Below are positions 1-15,800 of a DNA stretch of 64,000 bases, piece after piece. The position numbers and the translations under genes were made by a program. How positions within the stretch are numbered: the stretch's first letter is position 1; each line of letters begins with the position of its first letter. This DNA comes from Raja brachyura (Eukaryota), in NCBI GenBank assembly GCA_963514005.1, contig OY740816.1, positions 26,102,001-26,166,000 of the forward strand, in the 5' to 3' direction. The notes under the pieces were generated by a model that saw nothing but the letters and a program-made list of their open reading frames with translations, was not told the DNA's origin and made no database searches.

Positions 1-1752
1 TACCTGCTAATACACTTTGAGGGAGGAGGTGCACATGCTGCTTGGAAACTGGTTTCGAAGCGAAGTTCCGGTTTCCAACCAAGAACTGGATGTTCCTAAA
101 TTGAATGCCTCAGCTGATAAAATATTGAAATATTTGATAAATACCAACCTGTGCCCTACCACGCCTTCCTGTGATTCATAAATACGTAAACACTAATTTA
201 ACTTGTTCTGTCCAGTCCACTAACAACTTGTGCTGCCACTTAGTGGGATTGCATATTGCAGGCAAGTCACACTGCTGTGGGCCTCTGGCTCCAGTCTGGA
301 GTCGAGACAGCCATCCCACCTGCCTGCTGCATGTGGTACAGTGCACTTCCCAGGGAGCTGGCCTGTATGGACCTGCAAGCAGCAGGTATTTTTTCCTGCA
401 CTTCAAGCCTATCTTGCAGCGGAGGTGGAGGGCAGAGTCATTTCACAAAACCACCTTCACTGGAAGCTGTTCCACAATATCAATCAAGCAGGTTTCGACA
501 GAGCAGAACTAACTGCATTTTTATTGTATTTAGCAATCTCGACCATCCACAGCTACGAATCAGGTTACTTTGAGCTCAAACTATAATCATGAGAAAGTGG
601 TAGTAAAGGTCAAACATTTTCTCGCAGAGATTATCTTTAAATAAAGAGCCTTCTGTTGCCAGTCGAAGATTTAAAGAGCCTTTGCTTTGTGCTAGGAATT
701 TTTTGTTACAAGATGCAACAGCAGTAACTCAGTTTCTTCACAAAACACACTTGAGTGAAAATGTGGGATCCTCAAATTCAAGCCAGGCTGAACGCCGGCC
801 TTGTGGCTGTGCAGGAGCATGAAGCTCAAAGAAAAGACAATACACCATGCATCAGTTCTCAGCCTAAACCATCTCCCCAGCACACTTCCAAACTCAACCC
901 AGTAATCCTGTAAAAGAACAAAGTTATTTGACCTGCTGCCTCAGAGGTCAGTAACTCAACCACACAGTAATGCACCATGCCCCCTTCTGAAAGCATAGCT
1001 AACTCCAAAATGTTCTGAAGATAGGCACTAAAAGTTGGAGTAACGCAGCGGGACAGGCAGCATCCCTGGAGAGAAGGAATGAACCCTGCAGAGGAATCCC
1101 AACTCAAAGCACAAAATGCACTCCATGTTCATTGCCCCGAGTTGATGTTTTCTACTATCACTGTTAAATATCACATCTATGAAAGAGTTAAGATGTCCAA
1201 GCGTTGATAGGGCAGTCGAGTGCACAGGTGCAATGCTACACTTGATACAGATGCAATGCTACACTTGATACAGTGACCACCTCACTACACAGTTCAAGCA
1301 TCAGAAAGCCCAATGAGCAGTTCATGCAAAGCAAATGAACAGAGAGTGGTAACACGACCACGGAAGAGTCACGGGGAAACTACCTTGACCCAGGTCAATA
1401 ATACTTCCACATCAGAACAGCTCGCCTTTACCTATTAAAGATATCTGCATGAAAAAACAATGCACAGCTGGGACAGACACTGGGGTGGGGAAGGGCAGCT
1501 TAAAGTCTAGAGTCCAGGGTTCACAGCCCCAACTCAGTCCTGGAAGACATCTATCATCGCCCATGTTCCATATCACACAAACACCACCCCCTAACTCTGG
1601 TCAGCAAGTGGAAAATTTAATAACCAAGGCCACAACTCAAAGGAACATTTCATCAGCATCCTCTACGACAAGTCTTGTTTGAATAAAACAATTTCAGAGG
1701 GCCAAGTCATTTTTTCCAATTACTGATACAATGGAAGGTAAATAGGAAGCTA

Positions 1753-2019
<267 letters not shown>

Positions 2020-5000
2020 CTATTAACGTGACTGCAATAAAGCTGAACCACTTTGGTGGTGCTATGTAAACAATAGAGCAAGCACAGTGTGTTACCTCGG
2101 GGGAAGTCTGTGCTGGCCTGAAACCTGGCCTGCTGGTTTTCTGAGCTGTTTATTGACATTAAAGAGAAATTTAAACCAGCTAACTACACTAGCACTCACT
2201 AACCCCATATACATTCATGTGACCTGCACCTTTTAAAAGAGTAATGGAAAGGGGTGTGGGGAAAAGATTTTCCATCCAGTGCAAAATAACCTGATATGGT
2301 TAGTATGGTGTGTGACTGGAACACTCACATTTCTGTCCCCTCACCCAGCACCACATTGCTGCAGTCCAGAATAATTCAATGACAACATGTGAATTACACT
2401 CAATAGTGCAACACAAAGAGACACCAATAGTGCTCTTGTGGTGTTTCGAGATCGAACTGGTTGAGAAAGCTGTGATTTGACACTATTTAGAGTTGCCAGA
2501 GACTGTAGGCAGTGCCAATTTTAATCTGGCTTTGTGTATGCATCAACTTAGATTGTTCACGCAAAACAAAACTAGACTTATAGTCTTTAAAAGCTTCCAG
2601 TACTGATGAAAGCTCATTGATGCAAAACATTAGCAGTTTTTCTACCGTTTAATTGCTTAAGCTTCACTTGCTTCCGACAATGTTGCCCACATTTCCCCTT
2701 CCAACTACCAACCTCACACCAATGTAACAGGGGAGTTTCCAAGCTCTATGTTTGGTACAGACTCACACAAGCTCATTCCCTGGCTCACCAATCTGTTCCT
2801 GGGAGGTTGAGAATGAGGTCCGAACACCACCAGGATGACACGCTCTGTTCAACCTCAGTAGGGCAGAATCAACCTTCATATTATATCAGATCTGACACAA
2901 CTAGCCTAGATGCAGCAATAGATTATGCCTAAATTAAAGCTGTAGTAACTCAGCGGGACAGGCAGCATCTCTGGAGAGAAGGAATGGGTGACGTTTCAGG
3001 AGAAGACCCTTCTTCAGGCATACATTATGCCTGATAAATACTGTGGTGCATAATACTAAAAACTGCAATTTCACATAAACTATGACTTTAAACCCCCAAA
3101 ATATATTAGTATAGAAACTTCAAAACAAATCTTTAACAGAATCCATTTTGAAGCAAGTTTCAGATGCGTGAAACCTCATTTTGCCTTACAAATAACATTA
3201 GCAAAATAACACTTCTATTTAACTCCAATAGGGAATTGGCTTCTTTTAAATTCACACTGGTTCAATGCAACTTGACTGTCATGTTTTGACATTCAGACAA
3301 GGAACTGCAGATGCTGTCGACAAAAAAGTGCTAGAGTAACTCAGCCAGTCCAACTGTATCTCTGAAGGATATGGATAGATGATGTTATGGATCAGGACCT
3401 TCTTGGGATTGAAGTTAACGGGGAGAAAGCTTGAACAGAGGTGGGGACAAGCCTGGCAAGTTTTAGTTAGATACAGGCAAGGCGAGCTGATTGGTAGATG
3501 GGTAGACGAAGGGTAGAGGTGAAAATTGAGACAACAGGCATTTTAATTGAAATGTGAAGGAAGAGGTTGGGATGTAGGTAGAAGGAGATGGAGAAAAGGG
3601 AAAGGGGGGCAGGGTAATGGAAGAAATGAATGCGCACCAGAATGGGGCATAGGGAAGACTGTGTACCACATGAACCAAACTTTAAAAGTGCTTAAAACAA
3701 TTTTCTTTCTGTTCCAATCGTTCCTTTAACACTGAACCACACTGTTAATTGGAATATACCTCAACAGGAAAAATGCACAACCACCACCAAATATGGTATC
3801 CGTACATTTACAGATGATTTTCACATTAACTTATCAATGGGATATCAATTAAAAAGCTTTGAGCTGCACCTATCGCAAGTAGGGGCGGGAAGCTGGAGGG
3901 AGTTGAAGAAACAGGAAGTGGGCCAAGTGAATGCCAGCGCAGACATCATTGGCTTGTTCTGTTACTGAGACTTTATGTACATTATCCCATATCCCTTCAT
4001 GCCGTTGAACAGAAATTCATGCAAGATTTCAAAACACTTGTTTAAAGACTTGTAAACCTTTACTCTCACCCTACCGACCCAACAAACTCAAGCACTGATA
4101 GTCAAAGGTGAAATATTCACCAACACAAACAGTTTGAAATTTGAAAGGAATTCAAAATGGACTACGGTTTGAAACCAAAGCTCTGAAATGAGGGAAGTGT
4201 GCTCTCCAAACACAAGTCACTGACACAGCTCGACAGCAGGCTATGTAAATACGTCTGGTTTGCTAATCTCCTGTGCTGGCTGGGAACAGAGCATGGCATT
4301 CCCATACTGGGTGCGGACAAGAGAGGAACGTCACAGGGCACTGCACAGAAATCCCATCATCCCTGGTTCAAACTCCACCCACCTTCCAAGAGATAACACC
4401 GACTGCTACCACAAAAGCAAACTAGTGACAGGATAAAGGGAACAAGCTCATTTCACTATTACATATTCAAAACTTCACTATTTTTATCTCCAGATTTGGC
4501 TGCTGAAACTGGCTGTGTAGGGTATTAATGCAAATATTAGAGTTAGCTGTTAATCATCTCAATAGTTGTTAAAAAATACATATTAAGTATATTCAAAACT
4601 GTAGGATTGGCTCCTTTTCCATTTTACTTCCTTCCAAAACATGCAGGAGTAACGGCAATACTTAATCATAGCAATAATTATATAATGCCCATTAAATCTC
4701 ACTGATTTATCTCAATTAAATGCTTTGCCCATTCAGTTGACAGATTTTAATGTTTGTACCAAATTTTTGCTATGGAGTATTTGCTGAAGGTTTACTAGTT
4801 TATTTGCTTTATTCAATCAGGTTAACTTACATAGTCCTGTGCTTTGCCTCTAAATGTTCCACCAGAGCGCCTCTCTTCCTCCCCTCTCCCCCATCAGGAC
4901 CATTTGGATTATAGTCTTAATAATTTACAGGCCCAATTCTTCAATTCACCAAGGCTTCAGAATACCCTAACAGACCAATGATACCAATACCCCAGCAATT

Positions 5001-7151
5001 GATTGCTATTCTTCCTACACTGGTCTTTCATCTGGTATCTCATTGACCCTGCACCAATCTACATGCAACTGGTAACCCGTAAATTGAGTTAGAGCAGGAT
5101 TGGGTCACACTGTCACTCGTGTCCAAGTATAGCAAGGAGCTGAGAACACGTGACTGCTCCTACGCAGAAAATGACTAATAGATTTCTTCCCCACCTCCTC
5201 TGTACTCCGCACATTCCTCGCCTGCTCCTGGATATCACCCTTAACCCCACACAGTCAATAAAACTTTCAGCATCCATACTCCTTGCTACAGAGAACATTT
5301 AAACCACTAGCTACTGTCCTGTAACTATACAAAGCAACTATTCCTTTTTATTCTCTGTTGGAACTTAATGGAGGAGGACAGGTTTAACAAAACCAATGAA
5401 ATGAGTAAAAGCTGAATCTAATCTTTGCTTTTATACCCGACAGTGCCAGTTTCAGCAGACAATTCTGGACAGAAAAGTCTATGACATGGACCTATAGTCT
5501 CTGGCAATTAAAGAAAGATATGAGACTAGATTGACATGGGGATCATCCAATCACTCCTGCTCTCCTTTATTAGCATTGTCACTATATGCAGTTACGTTTT
5601 CCTCGTGTAAACCATATATCCTGATTTATCCTGCCAGGTATAGCGTTATCACTGACTTGCCATGCCAGCTGCTGGGTATCCTTGTGAAAATGAGAACCAG
5701 TTTAACATTCAACTTTGAGAAAGATGGATGACAGCAGAAAACCAGACACATACTGGCATCTGATCATTCCTGATCAAGAACCCAAGGTGCAATTAATGAA
5801 ACAGCAAGTCTCATACTGCCTGATATTGGTACACTGGTCTCTGCAATGCAGAGGGAGCTTACACAGGCACGAACTGAAGCTGGCACTCTATTCCCATATA
5901 CGGAAAACAATCCAGTCTTACACCTACAATTCTGTTTTGCCTTAAGATTCCTTTACAACTAACTAAATGATTAAAACAGTCTGTTTTGTGCCCATTTAAG
6001 CATCTGGTTTAATTATCCTTACAATTATTGATCAACAAGGAAATTATTTAAAATCATTGATGGAAGGCTATCAACCCAAAGTAACTATTTACCTTTCTGC
6101 AGATGCTGCCCAAGCTACCAAATATTTCCTGCATTCTGTTTTTAATTTAATTTAATATCCACATTACATAAATATGGATATTGAAGGTGCTCTATGTTTT
6201 GACACTGGATGCATGCCCATTAGACGTGTACAATTAACTTAAAAACATTAAATAGACATTACCTTTGAAATATTCACACTTGGCTACAGTTGATGCTGTC
6301 ACACATAACCACAGGTTTGATTCAAGACGATTGGAGCTAAACTTCCCTCAATGCCCAAGTGAGGTGGCCAAACAGTACACTACAGATGTTAGGGGCTGCT
6401 GCATTATGACATGTGCTCCATCACTAATGCTACTGATTCAAAGTTGTTGATATTGGTAAACCTCAAGATTCCCATGGTATTCGAGAAGCAAGTGCCATAC
6501 ATCAATAATCATTCACTATCATGCCATAGTGCTTAACAATGAAAGATGATTTTTATTCATGATTAATGCTACAAGGGATTATTTCTCACTGATTTATTAA
6601 GTTTTCTAAATGAATATTTTCATTCTTACACTTCCATCCCCAATCCTGCAAACGTTTCCAAAGCCCTAATAGTTGGTAGCATGTGTTAGCCTAATAGGTC
6701 AATTTGAAATATTAGCAGATTTTTTTTTTATTGCTGCTGGAGCTGCTCATTCCAAGTTAGTGCTTGCTCAGCCAGTACAGTGGCAGCCAAATCAAAGAAT
6801 TAATTGGAAAAACAAAATCTTTGCTAACTGGCTGGCCAAATTTAAAACTCTGTTCACATCCAGTACCTAAAATAATTTCATGCCTGCTCCAGTTAATCCA
6901 ATAAAAACAGTAATTCTCAGACAGATTCATCCTCAAAATGCAAAACATGTAGAAGCCGTTGAGCAAAATCTTATACTAATCAAAAAAAATGCAACGAGCC
7001 ATTGGAAATGGCATTAAAAAGGAGATACATGAATCTGCAGATGCTGGTTTTATTGACACAAAATGCTGGATTAACTCTGTGGGTCGTCTTTGCCCGGCCT
7101 GCTGAGTTACTTCAGCACAGTCTTCTTTTGGAAAAACCTGCATGCTTATTA

Positions 7152-7376
<225 letters not shown>

Positions 7377-7909
7377 TCACCATCAACAACAGGCACATGT
7401 AATTAGCTATTTGCTACTGAATCACCAGAATGCCACAGGGGTAAATTAAACATGTATGCAACATCCTTGCATGGTTGATGTGAAACTTGATAAATCAAGA
7501 TGCGCCTCAGGTTGAGAGCCCCATTGGATAAATAAGCCGATCATCAAAAGTGGAGCTGACATAATGACGGTTGGAAGACTTGTGGGAGAACCCAACACTT
7601 AAATACACCTAATGGGGATAAAACTCCATCACTGGTTGCCTATATCACCCAAGGTGCCAGAGGCTTGTCAATGCATGTTGGACCATGCACATCGATGTCT
7701 TCAATCAAAATCTGACTTTCAAAAGAAAATAAAAACACATTGTAAAAACAAAAGCTTCATTAAATTTCAAAGTCGGCAAATGGCCATGTAAACTTCAGCC
7801 ACCACATAAAGACACCAACCTTGTTATCACCTCTGCTTCTTCACACCAATCATTAGCATTGCTGAAAAGTACCAAGGGCGTTGGAGAACAAAATATAGGG
7901 ACAAAATCA

Positions 7910-8143
<234 letters not shown>

Positions 8144-8221
8144 TTAGTTTAAACAGAAGACGTATTGGCACGGTGGCACAGCGCCAGAGACCCAGGATTG
8201 ATCCTGACTCTCGGGTGCTGT

Positions 8222-8660
8222 CAAATGCTCATCATACATTAACCCAATCATCCCCGGGATCATTCTCATAAACCATCTCTGGACCCTCTCCAACACCAGC
8301 ACATCGCTCCTCACCAAACCTGCTCACAATACTCCAGATTTGACGTGCCTTAAAATCTCAGCATTATATCTCTCTTATATTCTAGTCCTCTTGAAATAAA
8401 TGCTAACATTACATTTGCCTTTCATACTGATTCAACTTGCAGATTAACCTTTTGGGAATCCTGCACCAGCACTCCCAAATCCCCTTGCACCTCTGATTTC
8501 TGAATCTTCTCCACATTTAGAAAATAGTCTATGCTTTGATTCCTACTAACAAAGTGCATGACTGCACACTTTGCTATCCATATTCTATCTGCCACTTTGC
8601 ACTCTCCCAACCTGTCCAAGTCCTTCTGCAGATACCCTGCTTCCTACCTGCCACTCCAAC
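8222..8660 (-). mobile_element. CR1 ORF2 remnant
   Basis: AKCAVMHFVSRNQSIDYFLNVEKIQKSEVQGDLGVLVQDSQKVNLQVESV is a typical CR1 post-RT segment. Confidence 0.75.
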
Positions 8661-9658
8661 AGTTTGGCTTTTGCTCAATATTCTAGCATCATGCCTCCAT
8701 CAGACATTAATCTAGTCTCTGCTGACTTAGAAGGTAGGTGATAAAAACTTAAGGGACTATTCAGAATAATTTATTAGTCTGCTTTCTAAGATTCCTCTTC
8801 CTGGAAATAAAACTGACTGTTTATTATTCCAGAATAATTGCCACATTCACCTCTTCATTCACTATTTCAATGTAATAATGACATTTTCAACACAGGGAAT
8901 TATTTAACTAACTTCCAATAGTACTCAGTACATAATGAACCTCAGGCCATTTGGGCCATCTGTTCTGGGCCATGTTTATGCCCATTGCAAGCCATCTTCT
9001 CCCTATTACATCTAGCTTCATTGTATTCTTTATTTCTTATTTATGCAGTCCCCAATAGAGCATTTATAGACTAACCCCATGTACTTTAAGTTATGGCATC
9101 CATAATTGTTCAACAGCACGATTTAAAAACAATTTTGCAAGTAGAATTCCACAGTTTACATGGATTTGAGAAAATGTGATAGGGAATTGGATACAACCAT
9201 TTTCTCTGGAGCCAGGAGATAAACGTCCCAAGATACCCCAAACTTGCAACATCTTGATGCTTATGGTGCATGGCAAATAAGATAAAGATGTAGTATTTTG
9301 AATTCTTATCCCAGTTCAAGGCAGAAGTGACCTGACCAATAACATGACCTGCCCACTCCCTCCAGAGATGCTGCCTGACGTGCCGAGTTCCTTAAATACA
9401 TTGATCTTTGTTTTACTTAAGGTAGGTTAAATTCAGGCCATGCTTTAACCACGAGATACGAGATCTTACTAAATTTCAGGCATGAAACGAGAAAACATTT
9501 TTAGGTATCCCAATCTAACAATAAATTTCTCATCTGGAGGATCAAAGGCAGGTAAAGAAACACCCGAAAAGTGAAAGGGTGTATTATAATGACAATGAGC
9601 TTACTGTGAAACACAGATGTCTAAAGAGTTTTAACAGCTAAAGATAACCTATAAATTA

Positions 9659-10189
<531 letters not shown>

Positions 10190-11214
10190 TCAGCTTCAAT
10201 ACACGCGCATACAAATAGGATGCAAAGATTTTTGGTAGATTGTTACGTCTCCCTGGCCTCTTGTCGTCAAATAGTCTGCCAAGAACGGATGAAGGGAGGT
10301 TTGGGCTTGGATCCAGATGTACCCAATGAGAAAGTCTTCCTTCTTTCATTTCACAGGGAGGAATTTGGAGCAATCACATGAGAATGTAGCACAAAGAGAG
10401 CCTACATTTTGGGCATCTTGTCACTTTCATAATAGCGCTATTTTAATTCAGATTTGGGGTGACCAGCATCCAAGAGCAACCCTACATTGCATGGCTATCC
10501 CTTATGCCAGCAGATTTGTGCACCAAAAAAAAAACTTTAAAAAGACTGAAGCCACGCCAGGGAGACAACACTGGCATCATAAATTTAGACAGACACAGAT
10601 TTCCCAGAATTAGGGTTAAAAACCTGCCAATGTAATGAATTAAAATAGGAAAAAGCACAACATTGCAAGAGTTGACGTTTCTGGCTAGGCTAAACCCAAA
10701 CTAAAAATGCTAAAAAACAGCCCCAAATCTCGACAGAATAAAAACAATTAAAAAATGGATTCCAGTTTAGATATCTTCTTGAAAATCTAGTATTGAAATA
10801 TTAATTACTGATGTAACACTGAACCATAACCTGTCTTTTTGGTTTAGAGTAGTTCCTGTTAGGTTTCCTGTTAGAGTAGTGTACATGGAGTAAATGCTAA
10901 AGCCATCCATTGGGGAATTACAAGTAAATTACAGAGTTGGGGAACACTAGGGTTTAGAAATTCAGTGTAAATGAGGCTTAGTTGAGAAGCCAACAAGAAT
11001 TTAAATATATAAATTGTTAAACTGGGTTTGTTTGCTACAACTTAATTTGAACTGACTCCCAGATAGCGCTGAACAGTACAACCAGCATTACTCAACCCAT
11101 TCCCAGATTAGGCAAATACATGCAAGTGAAAAGCCTCGGGAATGGTTCCAAATTTAATATCTCATATACAAAATCAATAGAACTACTGTAATATGTTGGT
11201 CTTTAGCAGACATT

Positions 11215-12880
11215 AAAAATGCAGCCATTAGAAGATGTTAAGGGGACAGACAGACTAGAACTGGAGTGGTGTTGCATCCCTAGTGCCAGGGTCAAGGATG
11301 TCCGAGTGGGTGCAGGAAATTCGGGGCAAGGCAGACAGACCGAAGTAGTTGTGCACATCGGTACAAGTGGCATGGGTAGAAATAGGGAGGCAGTCCGACA
11401 GAGCAAATATATGGCGATTGGCAAAAGAATGAAAAGCAGAACCTCGAGGATAGCAACCACTGGATTACTCAGTGTCATGTGCTAGTGAGGACAGGAATTG
11501 GATGATGGGACAAAACATGGAAGCTATAGACTAGTAACCCCAACATCTGCAGCCTGTTACTGGATGGGGATCCTGAGGAATAAGATCATGTATGGGTGAA
11601 GACAGGGATATATTTTATTCAATTATCATGCATCCCAAAAGTTATTCCCTTATCACGTGTCTATACACTGAATGGCTCGATTGTAATCATGTCTTGTCTT
11701 GTCTTTCTGCTGACTGGTTAGAATGCAACAAAACATTTTCACGGTACCTCAGTACATGTGACAATAAACAAAACTAAAACTGAGTAGTATGAAATATAGT
11801 GACGGTTATCAAGTATTACAGCAGGATCTAGATCAGTGGATAACTGGCTATACGAACAGCAAATGGAGCTTAATTCATTCAAGCATTGCACTTTGGGAAA
11901 ATCAAATCATTGCAAAAATTTCAGTCAATAGAGCTCTTGGGAGTGTTCTAGAACAGAGGGTCTATGAACACTACTTAGTTCCTCAAAAGCAGTGTCCCAG
12001 GTAGACAGGATGGTCAAGGATGATTTTGACACACTGATCTTTAATCAGCACATCAAGTGCAGAGGTTGGATGGTTGCAGCAATTCTTCAAGACATTAGTG
12101 AGACTAATTGGAGTATTGGGTTTACTTTTGGTCACCCTAAAGATGTCATTAAGCTGGAGAGAGAGTGCAAAAAAGATTGAAGGATGTTACCAGGACAAGG
12201 CACAAAACTATAGAGATTGATCAGTCAAGACTTTAATCCTTGCAGGACGGAAGAGCAAGGGGTGATCTTGGTGTATAAAATCATGATGGACATGGATATA
12301 ATATGATGATATGAATAAGTTTATTGGCAAAGTATTCATATACAAGGAATTTGCTTTGGTGCTCCGCCCGCAAGTGACAACATGACATAATGACAGTTAG
12401 GAATGACACACAAAACTTAAACATTAATAATAAAACATAATTGATTAAACATGTGAATTAAATAAAATACCAGAGCAATAGGTGGCTACAGATTTTTGGT
12501 TATCGAGTAGGGCTACTACTAATGGGGGAAAAAGCTGTTTATGTCTGGCTGTGGCAGCTTTGACAGTGAATGGTCTGACTTTTTCTTCATGGTGAGTGTA
12601 TCACAATCTAGATGCCATGGGCTCAAAGTGATGGGGAAAAATCTAATAGGAACCGGAGGGGCAACCTCTTCAGAGGGTCGTACGTGTATGGAATGAGCTT
12701 CCATGAAAAGTGGTTGAGAAAGGTAGAATAATGACATTAAATAATATAATTTAAAAGTCATTTGGACTGGTGCATAGATAGTAATCGTTTAGATGATATG
12801 GGTTATGCCAAATGTATTTGGTCATCTTGGACAGCATGGATGAGTCGGGCCAAAGGGCCTATTCACATGATGCCTTTGGA
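11215..12880 (+). mobile_element. Degraded CR1 LINE (ORF1 SGNH-esterase-like remnant plus ORF2 3' remnants), interrupted by other repeats
   Basis: CCIPSARVKDV...EVVVHIGT..MGR...KSRTSRIATTGLL resembles the CR1 ORF1 esterase; LQQDLDQW and KDVIKLERE resemble CR1 ORF2. Confidence 0.65.
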
Positions 12881-15800
12881 CAGACTAATCAAAATCCTGG
12901 AATTAAGCTTTTTCCACCTCCCAACTGAAGCTTTGTCAACTCATTACCCACCTACAGTCAAGCAAGGCCAACAAAGTCCAGTCACCAGGTATTAAGGGAA
13001 GGCTTAAAAACCTTCATAGAACCCTCTAAATCTCTAAAGGTAACTTGTTCCAGGAAAGAAAGGAAGGAGAAAGGGAAAAAAAGCACTAATAAGTAATTTT
13101 CACAAATGCCTCCCTTGTTGAGGAGGTAATTGATGTTGTCAGCTGCGGAGCTGACGCCACTACATCGCACCTCCATCAGCATCATTCCCCGGGAGGAACA
13201 GACCCATCCCCTGGCTCTGCTGGAAGCTCATTTTTCCTAATTAGTTTTAATAAATGAATCGATGGCAGACAGATGACACTGGTCTTTAGTTTACTGGACG
13301 TCTATTGAGTCGCACTGAGTGCAGTGGGGAGGGAGAGCGAAGCAGGAGTTATACAACCCTTGGGGAGCAATCAATCAGCTGTCTCAGCTCTGTCCAAAGG
13401 CAAAAGGTACAATGCAATATTCTCTCCCCTCAGCAGTTGCCAGCACACTGAATTATAGATAAACATGTGCAACTCTACCTACATACAAATTGAGCTATTA
13501 CATTTCAACGCAGCGTTAACTTCCTATATATTGGAAAATAGACTGAACTAACAATCGTGGCTTTGGTCTTTAACTATAATACGTAGAAACAAGCCCTCAT
13601 TTGTGCACATGTATATTATGTTCCTTGGTCTCAGCTGTTCCAATCAAATTCATAAAGGGGGTCAAAACTCCTATTTTGCAGTTGTCTGCAATAATGGATT
13701 ACTATGAAAATTCAAATTAATGCATTGTACCTCTGGTTAACACCTTGCCAATTATCCAGCCACTTTTTTTTCTGAAGAATTACTGAAGTCGATCTGTACT
13801 GTGTAATCAATTTTAAAGAGTGCACTTTGAATTCTCAGTATAATGTGAAAATTGATACTTTTGGTTTGCTGTAAACCTGTGAGTTTCTTTAATAGGCTTT
13901 GTATAGCAGACAAGTGCAATGTAGAAGTGGACTGTGTGCTTACTATCACTACTGTATATGCAAAGTATGAGGCACAGATAGCACAAGTGAAATTCATTCT
14001 GACTGACAGTTCCAGTTTACAGTAGTTACTGTCAAGAGTGCACATAATATCTAGCACACATTGCATTTACCAGCTGGCAATGAATTCCACTCCTGCTGTC
14101 ACTCTCTACAATGCCCACTAAGAATGCATCTCCACTCCATCCTAACAGGCTGTTGGGGAAGAGGGGAAATACACTCAGCAAAGACTTTCAGACTGGTTAT
14201 GTAACACTTGGGTCTAACGTTTCGAACGTTGCACAGGATTACGTTTTGTTGGGGACAATAGTAAAGGGAACTACTGTTCATCTGCAATTATTCTTGGCAG
14301 CATGAAAGTGTGAGATGCAGGAAGGTCTCAAGCTGCTGCAACTATCCTCCAGCCACTCGACTCAACACCTCAGCAGATCCCCCTTCTGCTCTTCTTGGAC
14401 GGTGTAGAGTTGAAGCAGTTGTTTTCACCTAAATAATTATGTTTTGCCAAATTGTCCATCTCACCATTTGTTTTTTAATTAAAACAGTGCTATTATTTTT
14501 TTTTAAAACATTTGAACAGTAGAATTGTATATAGGGCATACGATAGTATTTGAGAATTACTCTCCTTTTGGTTACCTCCCGTCTGAAGAAGGGTCTCGAC
14601 CCGAAACTTCACCTATTCCTTCGCTCCACAGATGCTGCCTCACCCGCTGAGTTTCTCCAGCATTTTTGTCTACCTCTTTTTGGTTACTTTTATCTTCCTG
14701 CAAGTTATTCCCATAAACTTAGCTTCCTGAACACCGTTAAAGGAATGTACAATGACTGAACTACACTGCAACGTGGGCAAGATTGCAGGAGGAAAAACAT
14801 GTGTGCAAAATGAGAAACAAGCATGGAGTTTGAATATTATTAGACCAGTTAGCTGGGCGACTCCCTTATTCCTATTTAGGAGACCATTCAAACCTGAATG
14901 GCTGGCACAGTTGAATAACTCTGCCATCCAACAATGGTACAATAACAGCAGTTAAGACTCATGGACAGAAAAGGTTTAGAAGGTTTGAGACCTAATGCTG
15001 GCAAATGGGACAAGCGTAGATGGGAGCATCTTGGTTGACATGGATACGTTGGGCCAAAAAACACGTTTGCTTGCCATATGACACTATGGATTGCAATGCC
15101 AAACACCAGTTAGTACGGATTATGCTCAAATCTCTAGAGTTGGACTTAAACCTATGACCAGGGAGGTTAACGAACTAATATTCAGCCAAGATAGATCAAT
15201 GTAGGTTCAGGTAAATCAGCACTAATTTGAGCGCTGAGGAATCAGCTGGTGAAATGAGCAGCACTATAGTTTAACACTAACGTTTCCAATATTTGGATTT
15301 GCACAATGATGTGTTGCTGAAAAACAAAGCTTCATTTAACTTGAACTGGTGCTTTTGTGGCATGTACGAGTTAAATGTCAACTATCCCATTTGTTTACGA
15401 AAGATTTGATATACAGCACTTAAAAATACCTTGACAATAGCTTTGTCCTTCTCCAATGAGCATTTATTTCCCTTCAACTCACAATTCTTTGCACTATTCA
15501 CAGAATCAAACATACCGCGTTTGATTTTATACTCTGGCCAGCGTGCTTATGCAAGCCACCAGTACATACATACTCTGTCAGCCAGCACATCTAGGAGTGC
15601 TGGAAGAACAGTAGTGTTGCGTGGAAATAAATACCGAGCACAGGAACAGGTAAAGCTTTTAAGCAGTTATAAATCAAACTACTGACATTGTGGAGTTTCC
15701 AATGGAAAATTAAAAAATTTGATGTCTACAAATGATGTACCTTTTCCAAAACCAAATCAGTCTCTAGGCACGGATGGGTAAACAATTGCCTGAAGCTGTC

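Noticed and set aside
171-586. Three overlapping plus-strand ORFs of 105-118 aa, and a donor-like CAG|GTA on the minus strand at positions 1-6
   Set aside because: No recognisable homology. Minus-strand frames do not give the expected next ZSWIM exon (TVF.RA...HW.D motif) and the in-phase frame hits a stop. Treated as intron 6.
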